From: an uncultured Gemmatimonadaceae bacterium
Lineage (GTDB): Bacteria; Gemmatimonadota; Gemmatimonadetes; Gemmatimonadales; Gemmatimonadaceae
Assembly: GCA_963740355.1 (NCBI GenBank)
Contig: CAVUDW010000002.1
Span: 1,120,001-1,184,000 of the forward strand
Length of the DNA stretch: 64,000 nucleotides
Direction of reading: 5' to 3'
The stretch's first letter is position 1. Every line of letters begins with the position of its first letter. Under the pieces are notes generated by a model. The model was not told the DNA's origin. It made no database searches and saw nothing but the letters and a program-made list of their open reading frames with translations. The translations under genes and the position numbers were made by a program. This document shows positions 51,301-61,700 of the stretch, one piece after another.

Positions 51301-52011
51301 CGCACGGTGTGGTTGATCGGTGAGCACCTGGCGCCGCATCTCGCCGAGGCGGTGCGACAGCTGGCGGAGCTCTGCCAGGTGGGGAAGGTGGTGCTGCTGA
51401 CGCGGACGATGGCAGGCGCGGATGGCATCGAGGCGCTGGTGCCGCGCGAGCTGCGACGGGTGCTGGTGAAGATCCCGTGCGGTGACGATATCGAGAGCGG
51501 CATGAATGCGGCGCTGCAGCAGGCGGGCAAGCCGACGACCGTGATCTCGACGCCGTTTGCGCCGTTGCCACCGGCGCTGTTCGGCACCGATGGTGAAGTG
51601 CTGGACGCCGCGACGTTCCGTGAGCTGGTGGAGGTGAACCTGACGCATCACTTCCGCGTGGCCCGCAAGGCCTCGTTGATCGATGACGCGCAGCTGGTGC
51701 TGGTGTCGCCAGATGTGCCGGCCGGCGGGCATCTCGAGACGTTCTCGCTCGCGAACTTCGTGAAGACTACGATGCATGCGTTGACCGCGACGCTGGCGGT
51801 CGAGAATGAGCGCCTGGTGAACGATGTGCCGGTGAACCAGATCAACCTCACCCGTCGCGTGCGGAGTGAAGAGCCGCGCGACGAGGAGGAGACGCTGGAA
51901 GAGGTTCGACGTTTTGCCCGCGCGGTCCTGCTGGCCGGTGCGCCGCTGCCGGATGCAGAGGATTCGCGGTACCGATCACGGATTTATCGCGGGATGGCGA
52001 TCACCGTGTGA
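48307..52011 (+). CDS. mcr: Bifunctional malonyl-CoA reductase
   Basis: RLSGKVALVTGAAGNLG...YVVPK; second SDR TGGSAGIG...RADYAVSK; C-terminal RIYRGMAITV; ~1230 aa; ATGA overlap with pcs. Confidence 0.93.
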   Translation: MSAQPEGTLTQPALGEAMEATGREGRLSGKVALVTGAAGNLGGHITRHYLREGATVILTGRERNRVEAARLDAIQQTGVPDDRATIVTLDGADPVSVRAAFAEAIATHGRIDIVVNNAGSAGPRQPLRNVPITRDELDALRAAGSTDSETVGDAMRSILGVAWHVANAAARVMQPGGSVINISTIFSRTEYYARSPYVVPKAALNALSRQLSFELGERGIRVNTIYPGPIRSERIQTVFAAMDKMRGDEPGTTATSFTGLMSLKRAGEDPAAGRTFPTPKDVANTCVFLGSDESAAFNGHDFEVTHGMWVRKESRSEFVSRPTMRTVDGSGLSVLVACGDALDDGLAVARMQAEVGAAVLLGVPRDADVVAIQSQLESRGHDAQIRVARFDRSQPAIMEQALSDGPAGGGPIHGAIILPAFGPERFRGLVSEAPDDDIETFIDNELTGAIALARTLSRYWSARTDLPRNPRFVMMSNGHDGAYNSYADMIRAALESLTRVWRDETKVDVKHGRRQWIEWGNQIIRYGNTEPENRRFAAGQAARLIYTDRRIPQVNLYMPKSIVKATGAKRSMVGFMENITGLHLGKVALITGGSAGIGGQVARLLAMGGARVMLVARRESELEVMRSQIVGELEDVGYSGADRRVLTMAGVDVGDVSTLRRAVEGTLAAFGRIDYLINNAGVSGAEEMVVDMSLDAWRYTLDANLVSNYALLKEVVPVMRKQGSGYILNVSSYFGGEKHLAVAYPNRADYAVSKAGQRALVETLARHLGPEIQINAIAPGPVDGDRLRGLGGKPGLFMRRGRLILENKRLNAIHAAVVKTVRRGLRVEAVLERLAANDVPLLVADADVPRELRDLALQCQSEGAEGSTWGAYLMTPLIAAHLVDRLELGGIFLDAGDWIAPTGDSWLRRTPPEETPFLPAAMITREAEKVNRGVMSLLHLRRMPTEAEVALATVFFLADRAVSGETFMPSGGLNLERSITDRELFGSAKRERLDQLRGRTVWLIGEHLAPHLAEAVRQLAELCQVGKVVLLTRTMAGADGIEALVPRELRRVLVKIPCGDDIESGMNAALQQAGKPTTVISTPFAPLPPALFGTDGEVLDAATFRELVEVNLTHHFRVARKASLIDDAQLVLVSPDVPAGGHLETFSLANFVKTTMHALTATLAVENERLVNDVPVNQINLTRRVRSEEPRDEEETLEEVRRFARAVLLAGAPLPDAEDSRYRSRIYRGMAITV

Positions 52012-52143
52012 GGGCAGGGCAGGTGCGATGTGATGGTGGCGCGGCGCGCGAGGCTCCGGTCGTGGTCGGTGAGCCGTCTTCTCCGGCCAGCTAGTTTCAA
52101 GGGTCGCCTGATTCGGGCGCGACCACCATCAACTCGTACTGGC

Positions 52144-53009
52144 ATGTCTGAATTCGTCGACGACCTGCTCGAGCTGCTCGATCTCGAGCCGCTCGAGGTG
52201 AACATCTATCGCGGGCAGAACCGCGACATCGGCACGGGTCGGGTCTTCGGTGGACAGGTGTTTGCGCAGGCCCTGGTCGCGGCGCGACGGACGGTGGAAG
52301 GCGAGCGCGAGGCGCACTCGGTGCATGGGTACTTCATCCTGCCGGGCGATCTGAAGGCACCGATCGTCTACTTCGTCGATCGGCTGCGCGACGGCAACAG
52401 CTTCACCACGCGGCGCGTGACGGCGATCCAGCATGGGCAGGCGATCTTCAACCTGTCGGTCTCGTTCCAGATCGCGGAGACGGGATTCGAGCATCAGGAT
52501 GCGATGGCGACGGTGCCGGGGCCGGAGAAGCTGACCTCGGAGCTGGAGTTGATCCGCGACATGGCGGCACGGATTCCCGAGCCGCTGCGACCCGGTGCTG
52601 ACGCAGGAACGACCGATCGACTTCCGGCCGGTGGATCCGGTCGATCCCTTCGATCCCAAGCCGCGTGCGCCGGTGCGCCATGTCTGGTTCCGGTCACATG
52701 GCCCGCTGCCTGACGATCCGCTCCTCCATCAGGCGGTGCTGGCGTATGCCTCCGATCATGGCCTGCTGGGCACGGCGCTGTTGCCGCATGGGCTCTCGCT
52801 TCCGCACGCCGGGCATGCAGCTCGCGTCGCTCGACCACTCGCTCTGGATGCACCGGCCCTTTCGGGTGGACGAGTGGCTGCTGTACTCGATGGACAGCCC
52901 GATCACTGCGGGGGCGCGTGGTTTCGTGCGCGGCAGCATCTACGCGCGTGACGGCACACTGGTGGCATCGGTGGCGCAGGAAGGGTTGATGCGGGTGCGA
53001 CCGGTGTAG
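52144..53009 (+). pseudogene. tesB: Acyl-CoA thioesterase II with two apparent +1 frameshifts
   Basis: VFGGQV, HSVHGYF (frame A); LAYASD (frame B); ASLDHSLW, SVAQEG (frame C); shifts near 52591-52594 and 52798-52801; may be assembly errors. Confidence 0.8.
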
Positions 53010-53109
53010 TAACCGGGTTCAGCGATCCGCGCCGGGCCGCGTAGTCCCGATTGACGCGCACTGCGCTGCGCGGCACTCTCGGAGCACCGCCTGAACCCGG
53101 AGACCTGCC

Positions 53110-55428
53110 ATGTCGTCCCTTCGCGCCCGCTTGCTGGGCTGTCTCGCCCTGATCACCTGCGCCATCACGCCGCGACTGGCCGCGAGTCAGTCAGCGCCGG
53201 TGGATTCGCTGCGGATCCCGGGCCTCACAGCAGCGGTGGAGGTGCGGCGGGATCGTTGGGGTGTGCCGCACATCTACGCGAAGAATCAGTCCGACCTGTT
53301 TTTTGCGCAGGGTTTCGTGGCCGCGCAGGATCGCCTCTTCCAGATGGAGATGTGGCGCCGCCAGGGCGAAGGGCGATTGGCGGAAGTGCTGGGACCTGCA
53401 GCCTTTCAGCGTGATCGCGCCGCGCGACTGTTCAGCTACCGCGGCAACATGGCGCGTGAATGGGCGGCATACGGCGCGGATACGAAGTCGATCGTGACCG
53501 CGTTCGTCGCCGGCGTCAATGCGTACATCGCGCAGGCCGGTGATGCACTGCCGGTAGAGTTCACCACGCTTGGCTTCAAGCCTGAGCCGTGGAGCATCAC
53601 GGTGCCACTCGCCCGCGCGACGGGCTTGAGCGGCGTCTCGAATGGCTCGAGCGAGGTGCTGCGTGCGCAACTCGTCGCGGCCCTCGGCGCCGCAAAGGTC
53701 GACTCGTTGCTCCCGGCCGATCCGGTGCGGCGGCTCGATCCCGCGCCGGGGCTGGATCTGGCTGGCATCGGCGCCGCCTCACTGGGCGGCTTCGAAGGCA
53801 CCTTCGGCGATGTGGCGTACAACCGCATCGAAGGGTCGAACAACTGGGTCGTGAGCGGTGCCAAGACGGCGACGGCCAAGCCGATTCTCGCCAACGATCC
53901 ACACCGCGTGATCACCAATCCGGCGGTGCGGTATCTCACGCATCTCGTGGCACCGGGCTGGAATGTCATCGGCGCTGGTGAACCGGCAGCGCCGGGGGTG
54001 GCGATCGGACACAACGATCGGATCGCCTTCGGCCTCACTGTCGTCGGCATGGATCAGCAGGACGTCTACGTCGAGGCGCTCGGCAGCTGTCCCGGCGCGG
54101 CAGCCGGCACGCTCGGTTGCTACAAGCACCGCAGCGCCATGCGCGCGATCAGCACCCGTATCGACACGATTCGCGTCAAGGGTGAATCACCGCGGGTGGT
54201 CACGCTGCAGTTCACCGTGCATGGGCCGATCGTGTCGATCGACAGCGCGCGCAAGCGTGCCTTTGCCATTCGCTCGGTGCACTCCGAGCCGGGCACGGCG
54301 AGTTACCTCGGCTCGCTGGCGATGGATCGTGCGCGCAACTGGGCACAGTTCGAAGCGGCGATGACACGCTGGTTGATGCCGAGTGAGAACATGATCTACG
54401 CCGATGTCGATGGAAACATCGGCTGGATTGCCGCTGGCCTTATGCCGAAGCGGGCCTGGAGTGGCCTGCTGCCGGTGCCGGGTGACGGTGCGTTCGAATG
54501 GACGGGCTTCGTTCCGGGCCGACAGTTGCCGCGCGCATACAACCCGAGCTCTGGCTTCATCAACACCTCGAACAACAACATCCTGCCGAAAGGCTACACG
54601 ACGCCGATTTCATACGAATGGGCGACGCGCTACCGGGTGGATCGTGTGCGCGATGTGCTGAGCCAGTCGAAGCGATTCACGATCGAGGATTTTGCGCAGC
54701 TGCAGCACGATGACCTGTCGTTGCTGGCAGGTGTGCTGGTACCGTCGCTGAAGACTGCGGCAGAGCGCGCGGGACTGGCGACGCGCGCCGACGTCAGCAT
54801 GCTCACGTCGTGGAACCAACGGATGTCGCGCGACCAGGTGGCTCCGACCCTTTTCTCGGCATGGGCGCCCGCGATCTATCGTCGGGCGATCGCGCGCGAA
54901 CTGGTCGGCCTGGGCGATGCGGCGAGAATGCTCGCCACGCGCCCGTCGTATGCCTGGCTGGAGCGGTATCTGCAACTGCACCAGGGGATGCCAGGAACCG
55001 ACTCGATCGTGCTCGGCGCCCTCGATGAGGCGACGGCCGAGGTGAACCGCCGGTTCGGCGCCGATCAGTCGGCATGGCGCTGGGGCACGGTGCATACCGC
55101 GCTGTTCAAGCACCCGCTGACGGCAGCCTATGACCTCAAGCCGGCGTCGCGGAGCGGTGACGGCAACACGGTCAACGTGACTGGCGGTGCAAACTTCAAG
55201 CAGACAGCCGGCGCCTCGTTCCGGGAAGTGATCGATCTCTCCGACTTCGACAAGTCGATCGTCACGAACGTGCCTGGCCAGTCGGCGGACCCGAGAAGTC
55301 CGCACTACTCCGACCTGCTCACGCTCTGGGCCGACGACAAGTACTTCCCGCTCGTGTACTCGCGCGAGCGGGTGGTGGCGGAGACGGAGCGGGTGACGTG
55401 GCTGATGCCGCGCAAGGGCGCGCGCTGA
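53110..55428 (+). CDS. Penicillin acylase-family Ntn hydrolase (S45), secreted
   Basis: Signal peptide; RDRWGVPHIYA, QDRLFQME, GSNNW, ANDPH, PGQS. Confidence 0.93.
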   Translation: MSSLRARLLGCLALITCAITPRLAASQSAPVDSLRIPGLTAAVEVRRDRWGVPHIYAKNQSDLFFAQGFVAAQDRLFQMEMWRRQGEGRLAEVLGPAAFQRDRAARLFSYRGNMAREWAAYGADTKSIVTAFVAGVNAYIAQAGDALPVEFTTLGFKPEPWSITVPLARATGLSGVSNGSSEVLRAQLVAALGAAKVDSLLPADPVRRLDPAPGLDLAGIGAASLGGFEGTFGDVAYNRIEGSNNWVVSGAKTATAKPILANDPHRVITNPAVRYLTHLVAPGWNVIGAGEPAAPGVAIGHNDRIAFGLTVVGMDQQDVYVEALGSCPGAAAGTLGCYKHRSAMRAISTRIDTIRVKGESPRVVTLQFTVHGPIVSIDSARKRAFAIRSVHSEPGTASYLGSLAMDRARNWAQFEAAMTRWLMPSENMIYADVDGNIGWIAAGLMPKRAWSGLLPVPGDGAFEWTGFVPGRQLPRAYNPSSGFINTSNNNILPKGYTTPISYEWATRYRVDRVRDVLSQSKRFTIEDFAQLQHDDLSLLAGVLVPSLKTAAERAGLATRADVSMLTSWNQRMSRDQVAPTLFSAWAPAIYRRAIARELVGLGDAARMLATRPSYAWLERYLQLHQGMPGTDSIVLGALDEATAEVNRRFGADQSAWRWGTVHTALFKHPLTAAYDLKPASRSGDGNTVNVTGGANFKQTAGASFREVIDLSDFDKSIVTNVPGQSADPRSPHYSDLLTLWADDKYFPLVYSRERVVAETERVTWLMPRKGAR

Positions 55429-55488
55429 TCCACGTCACCCACTGGAACATCAGTCCTGGTGCGTGCTTTCGTGTCAAGCCGTTCCTTC

Positions 55489-55510
55489 TGTCAGACCCGG
55501 GGGCGAAGTT
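55489..55510 (+). promoter_or_regulatory. RecA-NDp/PafBC-like promoter motif TGTCAG-N10-GA-N3-T
   Basis: One mismatch to TGTCRG-N10-TA-N3-T; ~70 bp upstream of the addB-like start. Confidence 0.45.
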
Positions 55511-55580
55511 GAAGCATGCCCTCTACCTGTGCGCGCCATGATACCCATGCCCCCGGTTCGCCGAGGGTGAGCACTTCGCG

Positions 55581-58500
55581 ATGCCCGTGACCGATGCGCG
55601 CAATTCGCGGCTGCTGGAGTCGATCGTGCGCGTGAACGCGACACACCCGCACACGCGCAAGCGATTGCTGGGCGTGGACGTGAATCATGGCCGCGAGTTG
55701 TTGCTCGCCCTGGCGCGTCAGACGGGTGGCTGGGTTGGCTGGGAGGCCACCACGTTGCGCAGTATCGCTGACGACCTGTCCTTCGTGGCGCTCAGTGAGC
55801 GTGGCCTGCGCATCGCATCAGACGTCGAGCTGGCAGCGCTGGTGGCGGCCGCGTTCGAGCGTGTGATCGAGGCCGAGTTGGTGAGCCCGTCCTTTGCCGC
55901 GATGGCGCAGCACCGCGGTTTCCGCACCGCGCTGCAGGATTCGATCCTCGAGTTGCGGATGGCAGGCGTGACGGCATCGGAGCTTCGGGCCGCGTCAGAG
56001 GCCGGAAGTCCCGCGGCGCAGTTGGTGCCGGTGCTCCACGCCTACGACGCGGCATTGGTAGAGGCAGGGGTCGTCGATCCGGCCGGTGTCTTTCAGGTCG
56101 CGCTGGAGGCGTTTGCCGATGAAGCGCCATTCGTACTCGATGGTGTCACCGCACTGGTCCCCACACTCACCACGCGAGGGGTGGCCGGCGCATTGGTGCG
56201 CCGACTGGTCGATGCCGGCGCAATCCTGCTCGACGTCGATCGTGCCATGGCACGCAGTGCGAGTGAAATTGCAGGCGCCGCTGACGATTCTTTGCTGGCC
56301 CGACAAGACGATGACTTCGCGCGCTCGGTGCTCGGCTGGTCTCTGGCCACTCGCGTACCAGAGGCATCGCACCCGCAGTACGATGCATCACTGACGACGG
56401 TGGACCTGTTCGCGGCCTCGAGTCCGAGCGAAGAGTTGCGCGAGATCTGTCGGCGTGTGATGGGTGAACAACTGCGTTGGGACGACGTCGAGATCGCGAC
56501 CACCGACCCCGATACGTACGGAATCGCGCTCGATGCGTTGTGTCAGCAGCTGGGTATTGGCGCCACGATGCTGAAAGGCTTGCCGCTGGTTCGCACGCGG
56601 ATCGGTCGTGCGCTGGAGCGATGGTTTGCCTGGCTGGATAACGGCCTTCCCGCCGACGTGCTGCGTCAGGCGCTCGAGGCGGGTGAGATCTCGGTGAAGG
56701 CCACCAACATCGATGCGCACGACCTGGCACAGGAACTTCGCTCGCAGCGCGTGGGGTGGGGCAGGGCGCGCTACGACGACTTGCTGGCGCGGCTGGCTGC
56801 CGAGCATGCGGCGGTAGCGCTGGCTCGAGATGAGGACGAGACGCTCACGGAGCATCAGGTCCGGGCTGCAGCAAAGCTGCAGCGCGAGCGCGGCTTGGCG
56901 GATGTCGTGCGTGCGATGCTCGCGATCACGCCGCCGGTGCCTGAGCGCGGCAGTCACCTCGACGTGCCGACGACAGCGGCGCGTCTCGCCGCGGCCACAC
57001 TCCTCTACATCGCGCGGCTGGAACTGCGCGACGGCGCCGAGGAGCAGACCATGGAACGTCTCACGCGGCGACTGGGCCGATTGGCGGAGCTCGAGGAGGA
57101 CGAGGTCGACTTTGCCAGCGCGCTTGCGGGGCTGCGCGAGTCGCTCGCCGATTTACGCGCTTGGCCGCCGACTGGCATGGCGCGCAAGTCGTATCGCGCC
57201 GACGGTGGGATGTTGCACCTGACCGACCTGCCACATGCTGGTTCCAGTGGTCGGCGAAGGCTGTTCGTTACCGGCCTCGATGCGGAACGCACCAGTGGTA
57301 CGAGTCGACAGGATCCGCTGGTACCGGATGCCGTGCGTCGTGGTGTTGGCCGCGACCGGATGCCCGATACCGCCGATCGTCGGGCGCAGTGGCTGGAGCG
57401 GCTTGGCGTGTCACTGGCCTCGTTGCGTGGTCGCGTGACGCTGTCGTGGTCCACGCGCGGCGCTGATGGTCGCGATGCTGGCCCGTCGCCGCTGCTCCTG
57501 CAGGTGCAACGCGTTCTGGAGCACGATGCCACGCTGACCTTTGAACAGCTTCGACATCGCGTCTTGCCACCCGCCTGTGCCGTTCCGTCGACGTCCGGAG
57601 ACAACAGTGCACTGCTCGACGCACGAGATGTGTGGCTGCAGGCGATCGGTGGTGGAGCTCTGCTGCTCGATGCGACGGAGACGGTGCAGAGTGCATTCCC
57701 GATGCTCGATTCGGGATTGACGGCGCTTGACGCTGCGCAGTCAGGCGTGCTCTCCGCATTCCATGGTCTCGTTCCGGATGCTGGCCTTCGGCTCGATCCA
57801 ACGCGTTCCGATGCCAATGCGCTCTCACCGTCCGGCCTGGAAACACTGGGGAAGTGCCCGCTGCAGTGGTTCTACAGGTATGGACTTGGACTTCGCGCGC
57901 CGCAGGACCCGTCCTACGACACCGAGGCGTGGCTCGACGCCCTACAGCGTGGCAGCCTGCTCCACGAAGTCTTCGAGGCATTCGTCAAGGAACACATGGG
58001 CGCGCAGCAGCTGATTCTCGAACCGTCGGCGGACGATTCACTCAACACCATCGCGAAACGGACCATCGACCGCTGGCGCGCGCTCGTACCACCGCCCAGC
58101 GACAGTGTCTTTGCCGCCGAGTCGGCAGAGCTGCTCCGTGCCGCGCGGGCATTCCTCCAGATGGAGCGCGAGGCACTGCTCGGTGGCGGAGACGCCGAAT
58201 GGACGGCGATCGAATACGGGTTCGGCGAAACGACGCGTGCGACCTATCGCCTCGCTGACGGTCGCGAGATTTCGCTGCGCGGGCGCGCCGATCGCATCGA
58301 CCGGTTCGCCGACGGCTCGCTGCGCGTGGTTGACTACAAGACCGGCAAGCCTGCGAGCTACCAACCGGACGCGAAGAAGGCGGCATACAACGGCGGGCGC
58401 CTGTTGCAACCTGCACTCTACGCTGACGCGATTGGTGCTGCCCTGCAACAGTCGGTCCGGCGATTCGAGTACCGCTTTCCGACCGACCGAGGCGGCAACG

Positions 58501-58772
58501 CCATCGTTCCGTTCGACGCGGATGCCCTTGTCGATGCGCGCGGTGTGGTCACGTCGTTGGTGGATCACGTGCGCACTGGACGATTCCTGCCAACGACTGA
58601 TCCGCACGATTGTCGGCATTGCGATCACGCCCCCATCTGCCGTGTGTCGGTTTCGGATTTTGCGGTCGGGTCACCGCGCGCCGAGTGGGCGGCCGAGTTC
58701 GCGCTGTCGATACCGGAATACGACTCGATGCGTGCCCGTCGCGGCGAAACTGATGTGGAGGACACGGAATGA
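55581..58772 (+). CDS. addB: AddB/AdnA-like inactive-helicase plus PD-(D/E)XK nuclease subunit with Fe-S cysteines
   Basis: LSPSGLE..KCPLQW, RGSLLH, LRGRADRID, VVDYKTG, CRHCDHAPIC. Confidence 0.85.
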   Translation: MPVTDARNSRLLESIVRVNATHPHTRKRLLGVDVNHGRELLLALARQTGGWVGWEATTLRSIADDLSFVALSERGLRIASDVELAALVAAAFERVIEAELVSPSFAAMAQHRGFRTALQDSILELRMAGVTASELRAASEAGSPAAQLVPVLHAYDAALVEAGVVDPAGVFQVALEAFADEAPFVLDGVTALVPTLTTRGVAGALVRRLVDAGAILLDVDRAMARSASEIAGAADDSLLARQDDDFARSVLGWSLATRVPEASHPQYDASLTTVDLFAASSPSEELREICRRVMGEQLRWDDVEIATTDPDTYGIALDALCQQLGIGATMLKGLPLVRTRIGRALERWFAWLDNGLPADVLRQALEAGEISVKATNIDAHDLAQELRSQRVGWGRARYDDLLARLAAEHAAVALARDEDETLTEHQVRAAAKLQRERGLADVVRAMLAITPPVPERGSHLDVPTTAARLAAATLLYIARLELRDGAEEQTMERLTRRLGRLAELEEDEVDFASALAGLRESLADLRAWPPTGMARKSYRADGGMLHLTDLPHAGSSGRRRLFVTGLDAERTSGTSRQDPLVPDAVRRGVGRDRMPDTADRRAQWLERLGVSLASLRGRVTLSWSTRGADGRDAGPSPLLLQVQRVLEHDATLTFEQLRHRVLPPACAVPSTSGDNSALLDARDVWLQAIGGGALLLDATETVQSAFPMLDSGLTALDAAQSGVLSAFHGLVPDAGLRLDPTRSDANALSPSGLETLGKCPLQWFYRYGLGLRAPQDPSYDTEAWLDALQRGSLLHEVFEAFVKEHMGAQQLILEPSADDSLNTIAKRTIDRWRALVPPPSDSVFAAESAELLRAARAFLQMEREALLGGGDAEWTAIEYGFGETTRATYRLADGREISLRGRADRIDRFADGSLRVVDYKTGKPASYQPDAKKAAYNGGRLLQPALYADAIGAALQQSVRRFEYRFPTDRGGNAIVPFDADALVDARGVVTSLVDHVRTGRFLPTTDPHDCRHCDHAPICRVSVSDFAVGSPRAEWAAEFALSIPEYDSMRARRGETDVEDTE

Positions 58773-61700
58773 TCGAGGCAGCGCCGGATCAGGCAGCGCG
58801 AGACCGTATTCAGACGGACCTGGCCACCAACCTGCTCGTCGAGGCGGGCGCGGGTTCGGGAAAGACAACCGCACTCGTCGCTCGGTTGCTCGAGCACGTG
58901 CTGAACGGAACGCCGGTCGAGCAGCTGGCGGCCGTGACGTTCACCCGCAAGGCCGCCGACGAACTGCGCGAGCGTTTCCAGATGCAGCTGGAACGGGTCG
59001 TGCGCGAGGGTGCTGGCAACAACGAACGAAACGAGCGCTGCGCGACTGCGTTGCGTGACCTCGAGCGGGCCTTCCTTGGCACGATTCACTCGTTCTGCGC
59101 GCGGCTGCTGCGTGAGCGCCCCATCGAGGTGGGCCTCGATCCTGATTTCGAGGAGATCGCCGACATCGAGGACGAGTCGCTGACGCGTGAATTCTGGCGC
59201 GACTGGATCGATGCGGCGCGACGACTCGACGCAGAGGACGTGCAGGCCCTCTACGCATGCGGGCTCGACCCGTCGGACCTGCACGACGCCTTCGCACGAG
59301 CCAAGACGTTCCACGACGTGGCGTTTCCAGCGCCACCCGTGGACATGCCGGACGTCGCCGCGTGTATGCAGCAGCTGTCGCTGTTGCTCGATCGCGCACG
59401 ACAGATGATGCCAGCGGTCCTGCCACCGGAAGGTCCGGATAAGCTGATGCAGCTGGTGCAGCGGCTCCAGTTCCATCGCAGTGTTGCCGACTGGAGCGAG
59501 CCGGTGACCGGATGTGCGCTGCTGGAGTCACTCACTGAATCGCAGATGGCGGTCGTGCAGAAGCGATGGAGTGCCGACAAGAGTGGCAAGGAGGCGGCCA
59601 AGCTCCTGGGCGAGGAGTTCGTTGCACTGCTCACGGACCGTGCGGCACCGCTGATTCGTGCATGGCGCGAGTATCGCTACCCCGTCGTGATGCGCGTCCT
59701 GCAACGCGCCGTGGGAGATTTCGCGGAGCAACGACACACCTCCGGGCGCCTCGGCTTCGATGACCTCCTGCTGCTCTGTGCCCGCCTGCTGCGGGAGCAT
59801 CCGGTGGTGCGAAACGAACTGGGTGAGCGCTATCGATATCTGCTCGTCGACGAGTTCCAGGACACCGATCCAGTGCAGGCGGAGGTATGCCTGTTGCTCT
59901 CCTCGGACGCCGCGCAAGGCAATGATTGGCAGGCTGTCACGCCACGTCCCGGCGCGCTCTTCGTGGTGGGCGACCCGAAACAGAGCATCTACCGCTTCCG
60001 CCGTGCTGACATCCAGATCTACGAACGGGTGAAGCAGCGATTCGAGAGTTTCGGTGCCACGTTGTCGCTGACGTCGAATTTCCGGTCGACGGCGGCGATC
60101 GGTGCGCTGGTGAACGCACACTTCGAGCAGGTGTTTCCGGCGGTGGCGAGTGGCCAGCAAGCGGCGTTCAGTCCACTCATCGCGACACGTGATGCGTCCG
60201 GCGCACCGACCGAAGGGATCAAGCGATACGTCGTGCAGTGGACGTCCGGCGGCGCGGAGGCCGTCGTGGCCGCAGACGCCACGCTCGTCTCGGCGTGGAT
60301 CGCATCCCGCATCGCGGCAGGTGAACTGCCTGGCAACTTCCTCGTGCTCACCGGTCGCAAGGCTCCGATCGCCAGTTATGCACGCGCATTGGCCGAGCGC
60401 AACATCCCGGTGACGACGACAGGCGCAAACCTGACGCAGGAACATGAACTGCTCGAAGTGCTGGTGGTGTTGCGCGCGCTCGCAGATCCGGGTAACGGGG
60501 TGCTGGTTGCAGCCGCGCTGGAAGGACTGTTCTTCGGGCTGAGTCCGGCCGATCTGTACGCGGCGCGGCAGGCCCACGTCGCGTTCTCGATTGCCGCGCC
60601 AGTGGTGGGCGACACACTTCCAGCGCAGCGCGCGCTGTCGGTCCTCCGACGCTGGTGGGAGTTCTCGCGTCAGCATCCGACCGATGTGCTGCTCGAGCGC
60701 ATCTTCGATGAGACCGGCTTGTTGTTCCACGCGGCCGGCTCGGTGCTTGGCGACGCACGAGCCGGTGCACTGCTGCACCTGGTCGAGGCCGTGCGCGCCG
60801 AGGCGAGTGTGGGGCGTAGCGGTTTGATCGAGGCCATGGAACTACTGCAGACGCTGCTCGATGGTGATGCGGACGATGCACCGTTGCGGCCGGGCCGCTC
60901 CGATGCCGTGCGGATCATGAACCTGCACAAGGCGAAGGGGCTCGAGGCGGAGATCGTGATTCTCGCCGCACCGACGGACCTGCGGGAACATGAGCCCGAC
61001 GTACACGTCACCCGCGCAGCACATGGCGCAGCCACTGGTGGCCTGCTCATTACACGCGGCAGTGGTAACCAGAAGCAGCGGCTGGCGCAGCCTGTCGGCT
61101 GGGATGAGATGCAGGCCACCGAATCGCTGTTCCAACGCGCCGAGGCGGAGCGGCTGCGGTACGTCGCGACGACGCGCGCAAAACGAGTGCTGGTGGTCGC
61201 GCAGGCCGAGAAGATCGGTACGTCGTCCAAGCCCGATGCCTCGATGTGGCGTCCGCTGGCCAAGACGGTCGACGCGATGGCCGGTGACCCGCTGGAAATC
61301 GCTGTGCGTCCCGCGGCAGGTCGGCTCACGCTCGACATCGGCGCTGATGCGCTCGTAGGTCGCGCAGAAGCGGCGCGCGAGCGAGTTGCGGCGGCGCGCA
61401 CACCGTCGCTGATCGTCGAGACGGTCACTGGTACGGTCAAGGGTGATAACGCCTACGCTGAGCCGGTGCCGAACCGGTCACGGCTCGAGGGTCGAAAGTG
61501 GGGCACCGCAGTGCATCGCTGCATCGATGCCCTGGTCCGCGGACGGACCGGTGCGGGCTTGCACAGCTTCGCCCGGGCCGTGCTCAGCGACGAGCGGCTC
61601 GATGCCAGTGTCTTGCCACGTCTGCTGCAGCTGCTCGACGACGTCGAGCGCTCCGAGACCTGGCGCACCCTTCGGGACGGTGGCGTGCCGCTGTCGGAAC

